A stretch of 64,000 nucleotides of DNA from contig CM075996.1 in NCBI GenBank assembly GCA_038087875.1, positions 5,892,001 to 5,956,000 of the forward strand, written 5' to 3'. This document shows positions 9,787 to 22,100 of this stretch, in pieces. This DNA is from Malacoraja senta. Lineage: Eukaryota. The notes below the pieces were generated by a model that saw nothing but the letters and a program-made list of their open reading frames with translations, ran no database searches and was not told the origin of the DNA. A program made the translations under genes and the position numbers. Positions within the stretch are counted from its first letter, which is position 1. Each line of letters opens with the position of its first letter.

Positions 9787-12700
9787 AATGCTGGAGTAAC
9801 TCAGCGGGACAGGCAGCATCTCTGGAGAAAAGGAATCTAGTGCTTTGGTTTAGGACCCTTCTTCAGTCTGAAGAAGAATCCTGACCCAAAACGTTGACTA
9901 TCAATGTTCTCGGGATGCTGCTTGACCTGCTGAGTTACTCCAGCACTGTGTCTTTTTTTGTATACCAGCAGAGTTAGGCCATTCAATCATGGTGGATCTA
10001 TCTTTCCTTCTTAACCCCATTCTCCTGCCCTCCCCATAACCCCCGACACCAGTACTAATCAGAAATCTAGCTATCTCTGTATCGATCTATTTCTTGTTTC
10101 TACATATAGTGTTAAACAGGAAGAATGAGCATTTTGGCAAGTTGCCAGGTGCCATAGATACTGTGGAAATTGAGGAACTGGACTCCAGCATGAATCCTGA
10201 AGTTTATAATCCAGTAGAAAGTAATGTAACACTCCACCCAACACTGGGTTCCACTCCACTCCACCATATAGACAGAAAGCCACGGACTCACACAGGAGCC
10301 TTCCAGCTTCAGGATCATTGTGAATTACTCATTGTTTTTGTTTTTAAACTCTCAGACAAAGGGAGGAATTAGCTCCAGCCTCCACCCAAGGAATGGTGTA
10401 TATTAACGGCTTCTGCCCTGGGGTTCCTAATATATCTGCCAAGCCAATCTTTAACCATAAATCAATTCCAAAGCGTGTCTGATGCCTGATGTGTTTTTAA
10501 CTTCACCTTTAGTGAGCTCAAAACATGTGGCCTTGGCTTTGCCAATACAATGCCCGTTGGGTAAAACCGGTTACAATCAGCCGACACCAACAGCATCATG
10601 GTGAACTTCACACAGAATCACAAGATCGTGAAATGTGTTCTCCCACAAATTAACAGGTTTGCGGAACAGACTCTGGGCGAGTAGTTAAAGGTGCATGAAT
10701 TAACGATTAAATGAGAACTGCACTGATATTGTGATTGAATATTAGAAGAGACTAATGATCATTATCTGGCAAGGTGAAGTGTCCATGGATGGTGTAATGT
10801 GCCTCAGGGTCCAGGAGTTCATCTGAATAGAAAACAGAAACTAGTTCATTCAGTCGTCTTGTCTGTAACCAGACACACAGGTTGAGTAGTGTAAGGAAGG
10901 AACTGCAGATGCTGGTTTACACCAAAGATAGACACAAAACGCTGGAGTAACTCAGTGAGATAGATAGCATCTCTGGAGAGAAGGAATGGGTGACATTTCG
11001 AGTCGAGACCATTTCTTCAGACTGAGAGTCAGTGGAGAGAGAAACTGGAGATATGGAAGGGTAAGGTGTGAAAACGACAGATTGAAGCAGACATGGTCGG
11101 AGAGCAGAGGGGGAGTAGCGAGAGAGGGCATTGAGTTAGTTTACACGAGAGACTGTGAGACGCTCCGGAGAATGTTCACGTTTCAAAGAGATCAAAGAGA
11201 ACCAGCCCTGAATGAGTGTTCAAGTCCCCGATGACACGAGGTTTTTTTCCCCGAAGAGGAAAGTTCCAGGAATGGAGATTGAAGCAAAACGTGATTGGAA
11301 GCAGAGCATAGATGTGGTGGGACAAGGGGTGGATATTAAAGAATTGGGAGAGTGGTGGGGTATTAATGGCTGTGGGGAGTGAGAGGCAGTGGAGTTTGAC
11401 TCTAGCTTATCAAAGGATATGAGAGTGAGGGGAAGACCATGGATTACCAGGGGTAATGGATAAATAGACTTCCCCTAAGTAGGATGTTGAATAGGTTGGA
11501 GAGAGTGAGGTTAGACTTGGTTGGATATTGATAATGAGGGAAACAGTAGGAAAATTGGGATATTAAAGAGAATGGGAGATTGTTAAGGAGAATGGGATGG
11601 TGATTTTTTGGTTAAACTCCTGGTATTCCAAAAGCAATATATTTCAGATGCTGGAAATCTGAAATAATAACAGAATATGCTGGAGATACTCAATTGGTCT
11701 TTCAAGAGAGAGCTAGTTAGGGCTCTTAAAGATAGCAGAGTCAGGGGATATGGGGAGAAGGCAGGAACGGGGTACTGATTGGGGATGATCAGCCATGATC
11801 ACATTGAACGGCGGTGCTGGCTCGAAGGGCCAAATGGCCTACTCCTGCACCTATTGTCTATTGCCTATTGGTCAGGCAGCATCTGTGGAAAAAGAAACAG
11901 AATCAACGTTTTGGGTCTAAAATCCTTCATCAGTAGCAAAATAAGGGAGAAAACAAGTTAGTTTTAATTCCCTTTGTCTGATCCATTCACCAGCACCTTC
12001 TCTGAAACTTGTGACTACTCATTTTCTCACTTTTCCAGTTCAGATGAAAGGACTTTGACTTGCAAAGTTAACTTGGTTCCACAATCCAGAGATAAGTACA
12101 AATCCTACCATAATATCTGACGAATTTAAAATCAGATTTATTTAAATAATCTAGAATTAATTTAAAATCACAGCACTACTGTGCTGTCATAAAAAAGGAA
12201 ATCTGCCTCCTCTGGAGTCAAGGGTGTGTTATTGTCATCTGTCCCTGATAGAACAATGGAATTCTTACGCACAACAAACAACCCAGTGATGAGGTATATT
12301 TGATCCTAAATTCACAATGGTGTGATGATTTTTAACCATCCTTTAAAAGGAACCAGGAAGCATTCATCTCAATGACTATCGCTGTGCTAAAGCAGGTAGA
12401 TCAGTTAGCATTGGCCCTGGATCCAGACACGCCCAACCCAACCTTACAAAGTTCTCCTAAGGAACTTCTGGGGACTTAGGGAGTGTGTCACAGGCTTGCC
12501 CGTCTGCCAGACTCGTAGAAGTATTTTAAAATGCCACAAGCCAGATGCCTTCATCATAATCCCAGGGTGGCTTTGTCCTAGTGAAAAAACAGAGCCACTA
12601 GAAGTGGTAGTGTGAGGATGTTCTCAACACTTTGAGGTACCAGGACAAGCACAGGCACTGAAAACTGCTGATCATCCCATGTTCTCATATTTCCTTACAC

Positions 12701-13204
12701 GTGTGGAGTCCATTCAGCCTGTTGAGTCAATGCAATCTCATCAAAACTATTTTCCTACTTTATTTTCTTTAGATATCCAGCACAGAAAAGTACCTTTAGG
12801 TCTGCACTGGCACCACTATCATGCTTAATGAAATAGACTAAGAACTGACCTGGCAGCTCAGAACTGGGCATTCACGAGGATACTGAGAACTATCAGCCGC
12901 GGCGGAACCGTACATCGCCACAATCTGTCACCTCATGTCTTGCTTACTGCAACAAGAGAGAATCGAACCGCCCACCCTTGCCACTCAATTGCATGACTAA
13001 GATAAGGCAAGCTATGGGAGAGATTAGGCAAGCTAGGACTTGATTCCTTGGAGCATGGGAGGCTAAGGGTGATCTTATGGAGTCATAGAGTGATACAGTG
13101 TGGAAACAGGCCCAACATGTCCCAGCTACACTAGTCCCACCTGCCTGCGTTTGGTCCAAATCCCTCCAAACTACATTGTGTACATGGCTATTCCAGTTAG
13201 TCAG

Positions 13205-13521
13205 AGTCATAGGGTGATACAGTGTGGAAACAGGCTCTTTGGCCTACCTTGCCCACATTAGCCAACATGTCCCATCTACACTAGTCCCACTTGCCTGCGC
13301 TTGGTCCATATCCCTCCAAACTTGTCCTATCCATGTGCCCCTCTAACTGTTTCTTAAACGTTGGGATAGCCCCAGCCTCAACTACCTCCTCTGGCAGCTT
13401 GTTCCGTACACCCACTGCCCTTTGTGTGAAAAAGTCACCCCTCAGATTCCTATTAAATCTTTTCCCCTTCACCTTGAACCTATGTCCTCTGGTCCTCAAT
13501 TCCCCTACTCTGGGCAAGAGA
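13205..13521 (-). mobile_element. CR1 LINE 3' fragment
   Basis: [29 protein letters not shown]...EGYGPSAGKWD. Confidence 0.8.
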
Positions 13522-15687
13522 GTTCGGTTTGTGGTCTGCAGAACAGCTTGCCAGAATAACACCAGGCATAACCAACAAGTGAGGCTACAACCTGGCACAG
13601 CTAAAATACATGAACCCTGTAGAGAAAAACAGCAAGAAGAAACAGCATGCAATACCACGACCAGCAGGCTGGAGACTCTGAAAACCTATCATCTCATTAT
13701 AAACATTAGGAGGGAAACGCGAAAAACAGCCAACAAGCGGCGGGGACTCCAAGAACAACCCCATCCTCAATAATCATGGAACTGTGAATGGTAAGCCTGA
13801 AAATATGTGTAGCCATTTACAGCCAAGGTATGAAGTGATTCCTCCTGAGCTTCCGCCACTGGCCAATTCAATTCACAGGTGTCAGGGGTTATGGGGAGAA
13901 GGCAGGAGAATGGGGTTAGGAGGGAGAGATAGATCAGCCACGATTGAATGGCCCAGTAGACCTGATGGGCCGAATGGCCTAATTCTGCTCCTATCACCTA
14001 TGAACTTCAAGTGAAACCAGGAAGTATGAGAGAGCAGGGGACAGAGCAAAAGACCCGGCATCACACAACTTGTATGTTACAGAGCTGAAGACTTGCGCCT
14101 GAGAATGAGCTGTGTTAAGATGCTCAATACTCTTGGTGGCATTTTAACAGGCAAAAAAACAAACTGTTGGAGGAACTCAGCGGGTCAGGCAGTGTCTGTG
14201 GAGGGAATAGGCAGGCCCTTTTTTAGGTCGGGACCCTTCTTCAGACTGAAGGAGATGGGGAATAATGGACAGATGGAACTATGTAGGGGAGGGGAAGGAG
14301 GAGAGGTTTGATTTAACAGCCAGTTCTTGTGATGGAACGGGTTATAAGTTACAGGGCACCAACTGATATCTATTGAGAACACATTGAGGACATCTCTTGT
14401 CCAGAGTAGGGGAATCGAGGTCCAGAGAATATTGTTTCAAGGTGAAGGGGAAAAGATTTAATAGGAATCCGAGGGGTAACTTTTTCACACAAAGGGCGGT
14501 CGGTGTAGGGCCAGAGCTGCCAGAGGAGGTAGTTGAGGCTGGGACTATCACAACGTTTAAGAAACAGTTAGATAGGTAGGTTTGGAGGGATATGGACCAA
14601 ACGCAGGCAGGTGGGACTAGTGTAGCTGGGACATGTTGGCCGGTGTGGGCAAGTAGGGCCTGTTTCCACGCTGTATCACTGTTTGACACTGGGAAGCCAA
14701 TGAGCCCGAAGTGTGCCATAGTTAAGTGTAAGACAGAAACAAAATGCTGCAGTAACTCAGCGGGACAGGCAGCACCTCTGGAGAGAAGGAATGGGTGACG
14801 TTTCGGGTCGAGACCCTTCTTCAGACCCAAAACGTCACCCATTCCTTCTCTCCAGAGATGCTGCCTGTCCCGCTGAATTACTCCAGCATTTTGTGTCTAT
14901 CTTCGATTCGGGTCCGAGATAAGTGGAGACATAGAAAATAGGTGCAGGAGTAGGCCATTCGGCCCTTCAAGCCAGCACCGCCATTCAATGTGATCATGAC
15001 TGATCATCCAGAATCGTTCTTCAGTCTGAAGAAGGGTCTCGACCCAAAACATCACCCATTCCTTCTCTCCAGAGATGCTGCCTGACCCGCTGAGTTACTC
15101 CAGCATTTTGCGTCGACGATCCAAAATCAGTACCCCGTTCCTGCTTTCTCCCCATACCCCTTGATTCCGTTAGCCCCAAGAGCTAAATCTAACTCTCTCT
15201 TGAATACATCCAACGAATTGGCCTCCACTGCCCTCTGTTGCAGAGAATTCCACAGATTGACAACTCTCTGGGCTCGCAGGCATTGATGCCTGGAGGCATT
15301 GAAACCTACCTATCTAACTGTTCCTTAAACGTTGTGATAGTCCCAGCCTCAACTACCTCCTCTGGCAGCTCTGGCCCTACACCGACCGCCCTTTGTGTGA
15401 AAAAGTTACCCCTTGGATTCCTATTAAATCTTTTCCCCTTCACCTGGAAACAAAGTTAGATGGTTATCGGAAGTAATCTGATGAGGGGGGGTCTCAAGTC
15501 GAAACATCGCCCATCCCTTCTCTCCAGAGATGCTGCTTGTCCCGCTGAGTTACTCCAGCTTTTTGTGTGTGTCTTCGGTTTAAACCAGCGTCTGCAGTTC
15601 CTTCCTACACTCTTCTCACATATTCATTGACGTCTGGAAAGTGCCGATGTCAGCTGATTGTGCTGACCGGGCAGTCGGACCCTGCTC

Positions 15688-15694
15688 TATAAAA
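15688..15694 (+). promoter_or_regulatory. TATA box of DHDH
   Basis: TATAAAA in a small CpG-rich patch ~50 nt upstream of the DHDH ATG at 15740. Confidence 0.6.
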
Positions 15695-15739
15695 CCGCGC
15701 CGAGGGCACCGCGGCCGGGAGATGGGATTCACACCGGCC

Positions 15740-15871
15740 ATGGCCACTCGCTGGGGCATCTGCAGCGCCGGCAGAATCTGCCACGATTTCATGGTGGCTC
15801 TGAAGACCCTGCCGGACACTGACCACCAGGTACACAGAGACAGAGAGAGACAGAGACAGAGACAGAGAGAC

Positions 15872-15958
<87 letters not shown>

Positions 15959-15983
15959 TACAGAGAGACAGAGACAGAGAGAG

Positions 15984-16058
<75 letters not shown>

Positions 16059-16082
16059 CAGAGACAGAGAGAGAGAGACAGA

Positions 16083-16125
<43 letters not shown>

Positions 16126-19100
16126 GGCAGAGGTAGGGAGAGAAGGAGAGGAGAAGGGGGGGGAGAGTCACAGGATGGGGGGAGAGCAGAGGAGAGGAGG
16201 AAGAACGGGTGGGAGGGGAGAGTCGGAGAGGGGGAGGAGGGAGTGGAGATGAGGGGGGGAGTCAGGGGAGGGGGAGAGAGTCAGAGGAGGGCCCAGAACC
16301 AGGGGCCACAGTTTAAGAATAAGGGGTAAGCCATTTAGAACGGAGACGAGGAAACACTTTTTCACGCAGAGAGAGTGGTGAGTCTGTGTAATTCTCTGCC
16401 TCAGAGGGCGGTGGAGGCAGGTTCTCTGGATGTTTTCAAGGGAGAGCTAGATAGGGCTCTTAAAGATAGCGGAGTCAGGGGATATGGGGAGAAGGCAGGA
16501 ACGGGGTACTGATTGGGGATGATCAGCCATGATCACATGAATGGCCTACTCCTGCACCTATTGTCTATTGAGAGAGAGGGGGCCAAGGGGGGAACTGGAG
16601 AGTGAGGGACGGGGGGGGGGGGGGGGTAGAGGAAGATGGAGTGCGAGTCAAGAGGGTGAGAGAACGGGAGAAGAGAGGGAGAGTCAGTGGACAGGAGAAC
16701 AGGGAGCGAGGGAGGCAGAGAGAGGGAACGAAAATACAAACAGAAGAAGCGACACGTGGGGAAGAAGGAGCCAGCAGGAGGTGGAAGAAAACCAGGGGAG
16801 ACAGAAGGGGCGGCGTGAGGGAGGGGGTGGGAAATGCGTGGAGTGTGGGGGCGAGTGATGGGAGTGAAGCAGGAGGGGATTAGGGAGGAGGCGGTGATTC
16901 TTGCATTGGAGGTGGATCTGAGCGGGGACGGGGTTTAGGGACCCTGTCTGTCCCGCTGTGTTACTCCAGCATTTTGTGTCTATCTACCGTTCCACGGTTG
17001 GTCTGTGGTTCTGTGTGTCCACGGGATGTTTGATCGGGAGGGGTAGGCAGGGGGGATACTTGGGTCTCCACCACCTCACCTTTAATGTTACCAGTGCCCA
17101 GTGAAGTCTTTGGTTGCCGAGTGTACATGTAGCGATGGGGCTCGGAGACCACTCTGGAGCACATCTCTGTGCTAAAACATCACTCATTCCTCAATAGACA
17201 ATAGGTGCAGGCCCTTCGGCCCTTCGAGCCAGCACCGCCATTCAATGTGATCATGGCTGATCATTCCCAATCAGTACCCCGTTCCTGCCTTCTCCCCATA
17301 TCCCTTGAGTGCTATTTTTAAGAGCCCTATCTAGCTCTCTCTTGAAAGCATCCAGAAAACCTGCCTCCACCGCCCTCTGAGGCAGAGAATTCCACAGACT
17401 CACCACTCTCTGGGAGAAAAAGTGTTTCCTCGTCTCCGTTCTAAATGGCTTACTCCTTATTCTTAAACTGTGGCCCCTGGTTCTGGACTCCCCCAACATC
17501 GGGAACACGTTTCCTGCCTCTAGCATGTCCAAACCCTTAACAATCTTATATGTTTCAATGAGAACCCCTCTCATCCTTCTAAACTCCAGAGTGTACAAGC
17601 CCAGCTGCTCCATTCTCTCAGCATATGACAGTCCCGCCATCCCGGGAATTAACCTTGTAAACCTACGCTGCACTCCCTCAATAGCAACCCTCCTCTCCAG
17701 GGATGCTGCCTGTCCCGCTGAGTTGCACCAGGTTTTTGTGTCTATCTTTGGTTTAAACCAGCATCTGCAGTTCCTTATCTATGTATGTCCTTATCTATGT
17801 ATCTCCCTCAGTCTGAAGATGGGTCTCGATCCAAAACGTCACCCATTCCTTCTCTCCAGAGACGCTGCCTGTCCCGCTGAGTCACTGCAATGTCTTATTC
17901 TCTCCCCAGGCTGTGGCCGTGGCCTCCCGAGACTCATCGCGAGCTCGAGACTTTGCAAAGCGGCACCAAATCCCCAAGTGCTACGGTTCCTACCAGGAGC
18001 TGGCGAATGATCCCAACGTGGGTAAGGACGACCGGGACCTCAGCAATGCCAGCATATCTTAGAGGCCCCAGGGATTAGGTTAAGCATCTTGGGTTTTACT
18101 CATTCAGCAGCTATGGGAATTGCTCGGGTAAGCCAGCATTTATTTACAGATTTGTACAGTGGGTGGCTGGAACACGCTGCCTGGGGTGGTGGTGGAGACA
18201 GATGCAATAGGATTTCACATGGATATGCAAGAAACGGAGGAGTGCAGACCACGTGAAGGTAGATGGGATACGGTAAGTAGATGGGTTTCCAAACACTTTA
18301 ACTCCCCTTCCCATTCCCACACTAACCTTTCTGTCCTGGGCCTCCTCCACTGTCAGTGTGAGGCCAAATGCAAATTGGAGGAACAGCACCTCGTATTTTG
18401 CTTGGGCAACATACACCCCAGCGGTATGAATAATTATTTCACTAACTTCAAGTAACCCTTGCATTCTCTCTATCCCTCCTCCACCCTAGTCGTCGTCCTA
18501 CTAGTTTCATTGTCATCCTCCTTAGTTTCACTGTTTGTATCCACTCGTTATCACCTTCTCCCACAGCCAACAATGGACCATTGTGGGCTCCACCTTTATT
18601 TGATCACCGTTGCTGGCTTTGATTTGCTGGCTTCATACCTTTCATTCATTTGTTCTTTGTACCTTTTCATATCTCTAGTCTTCCTCTCCCCTGACTCTCA
18701 GTCTGAAGAAGGGCCTCGACCCAAAACGTCACCTATTCCTTTTCAAGAAGGAACTGCAGATGCGGGAGAATCGAAGGTAGACAAAATTGCTGGAGAAACT
18801 CAGCGGGTGCGGCTGCATCTATGGAGTGAAGTAAATAGGCAACGTTTCGGGCCAAAACCCTTCTTCAGACAGCTTCGTCTGAAGAAGGGTTTCGGCCCGA
18901 AACGTGGCCTATTTCCTTAGTTCCATAGATGCTACCACACCTGCTGAGTTTCTCCAGCAATTTTGTCTATCTATTCCTTTTCTCCAGAGATGCAGTCTGG
19001 CCCGCTGTGTCCCTCCAGCATTTTGTGTCTATATATTTGGGATGAGTTAAAATCTGTACCATAGTCAGCATGGACAATGCAGGTAAGGGGTCTGTTCTGG

Positions 19101-22100
19101 TGCTGTTCAACGTTTTATGTTTTATTGAATATTCATAACTTTGCGCTACTTGAGAGTCACCGTGATGAAGCTCCAATTTCCATGATGTTTGACTCCATGG
19201 CATAATGGTTCCACAATGTCTTTGGCAGACATCGTCTATGTGGGGACCATTAACCCCCAGCACCTGAAGGTGGCCCTGCTCATGCTGCAGGCAGGCAAGA
19301 ATGTCCTCTGTGAGAAGCCCATGGCCATGAATCTGAAGGAGGTCCAACAACTCATCTCTGCCGCCCGGAAATGCAACCTCTTCCTCATGGAGGTGAGCGC
19401 ACTCGCAACAGCCGCTCAAAAACGCTACGCCGGAAACAGACGAGGTGGGAGCTAGAAGTTTAGTTCAGAGATACAGCGCGGAAACAAACCCTTCGACCCA
19501 CCGAGTCCATGCCGACCAGCGATCCCCGTACACTAGCACCCTTCCACACGCTGGGAACAATTTACATTTTTACCAAAGCTAATTAACCTACAAACCTGTA
19601 CGTCCTTGGAGTGCAGGAGGAAACTGGAGCACCCGGAGAAAACCAACGCAGGTCATTTGAATAACCGGAAGTTCAATAATTTCCCATTTCTAGTGCCTGA
19701 CACTCACTAACAAAGCAGGAATTAGAAAAATGAGTAAAACTATCTCTATATTACCCCATCATCCATTCCCATGGTTGGTACAGCAAGGGGAAATTACATA
19801 GCTTCCTGCCAAAACAAAAATTCAACATTGGTTAGATTAAACTGTCCATTGCTCCCTTGTGCAAAATAATTAAGTTCTCTATCTGCAACATCCTAAACAT
19901 ATTGTAAATGTCTGTCCTGCTGAGTTACTTTTGCAGAGATGCTGCATGTCCCACGGAGTTACTCCAGCATTTTGTGTCTATCTTCGGAGTAAACCAGCAT
20001 CTGCAGTTCCTTCCGACACAAATGTTCATACACAACTGCTTTGTAGATTAGATTCCAGAATATCAGAAATCAGAAAGATTATATGCTGTATGCGACGGCT
20101 GATGGGGTGCACAGCGAGGACAGGGGGGACTCTGTCCCTGTTACAAAATGGGAGGAGGGGGAGCAAGAGCGGAGCTGCAAGATATCGAGGAAACCCTTGT
20201 GAGAGCCTCATCTATAATGGAAGAGGGGAACCCGTTCCCTAACGAATTAGGACATCTCCGATGACATGGTATGGAACACCTCACCTTGGGCACAGATGCA
20301 GCGTAGATGAGGAATTGGGAGTAGGGGATAGAGTCTTTACAGGACGCGGGGTGGGAAGAAATGTCATCAATGGGAGTCGGTGCGTTTATAATATATACAG
20401 TTGATAGTTTGTCTGTTGTGATGGAGACGGTGACATTACGAAACCGTAGGGAGATGTCGGAGAGGGTCCGTGTGAATTTTAGTGCAGGATGGAGATTAGT
20501 ATTAAAGTTAAGTCGGTGAGTTCTGCATGGGTGCAGGAGGTAGCACCGATGCAGTCGTCAATGTAGCGGAGGTAGAGTTTGGGGATAGGGCCACTGTACG
20601 CCTGGAACAGCGATTGTTCGACGTACCCTACAAAGAGTCAGACATAGCTGGGGCTAATAGCTACACCTTGGATTCGGAGGAAGTGGGAGGAGTTGGAGAA
20701 GTTGTTATGGGTAAGGTAGGTCGAGGAAAAAACAGTGGACTTTAAGACCTTCCTAGTGGGGGATGGAGGTATTACAGGCATAGCCCTTTTCAGCATCAAA
20801 AGCATCTACATGAGGCACTGCATCAAGAAGGCAACATCTATAATCAAGGATTCCCCCCCATCCAGGCCATGCCCTCTTCTCGCTGTTACCGACAAGCAGG
20901 AGGGACAGAGGCTTGAAGTCCCACACACTTAATTTCAAGGACACCAGTTACCCTCAGCAATCAGGTTCTTGAACCGACCTGCATAATCTTAATCCCATCT
21001 CAGCAACGGAACACTAGATCACCTCTTGAACTAGTTTTCTAATTGTTGGAGTAAAGAGGTCCTTCTGCAGTTGTACAGGGCCTCGGTGAGACCACATCTG
21101 GAGTATTGTGTGCAGTTTTGGTCTCCTAATTTGAGGAAGGACATCCTTGCTATTGAGGTAGTGCAGTGTAGGTTCATAAGATCATAAGTAATAGGAGCAG
21201 AATTAGGCCATTCAGCCCATCAAGTCTACTCTGCCATTCAATCATGGCTGATCTATCTCTCCCTCCTAAATCCAGTCTCCTTCCTTCCCTCCATAACCTC
21301 AAGACACCTGTACTAATCAAGAATCTATCCTGATATATCTTGGTGTAATCCCCAGGATGGTGGGACTGTCATGTGAGGAAAGATTGGAAAGACTGGGCTT
21401 GTATTCAGTGGAATTTAGAAGGATGAAGAGATCTTATAGAAACGTATAAAATTATAAAAGGACCTGACAAGCTGGATGCAGGAAAAATGTTCCCCATGAT
21501 GGGAGAGTCCAGAACCAGGGGCCACAGTCTAAGAATACAGGGGAGGCGCCAATTGGAACTGAGACGAGAAAAAACGTTTTCACCCAGAGTTGGAATTCTC
21601 TGCCTCAGAAGGCAGTGGACGCTGATTCACTGGATGCATTCAAAAGAGTTAGATGGGGCTCTAGGGGCTCATGGCATCAAGGGATAATGGGGAGAAGGCA
21701 GGCATAGGTTACTGATTGTGGATGATCAGCAATGATCACAATGAATGGTGGTGCAGGCTCAAAGGGCCAAATGGCCTCCTCCTGCACCTATTTTCTATCT
21801 TTTCTATTTCACAGTGATTTTTTTCTTGCAGTCTTTTCTTTTGGATTTACATGCAATTTATGAGTAATTTATGTTTTTGTGTGGTGTCTGAGTGTATATG
21901 CTACAAGCAAGATTTTTATCGATCCTGTACCTCTACAATAACAATGTGCATATGACAATAAACTGGACTTGGGATCCAATTTTCTCAAGACACGCAAGAC
22001 TATGGCATTGGGATCTGGAACCATGCATGTCTGCAGGTTGCAATTCAAATGCTAAACTAAATTTGACTCGTTAAAACAAGGTCACAGGCTTCCATTTATT

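Noticed and set aside
15641..16252. 203-aa ORF with RE repeats (and the antisense SL-repeat ORF)
   Set aside because: Read-through of DHDH exon 1 into a (GA)n microsatellite
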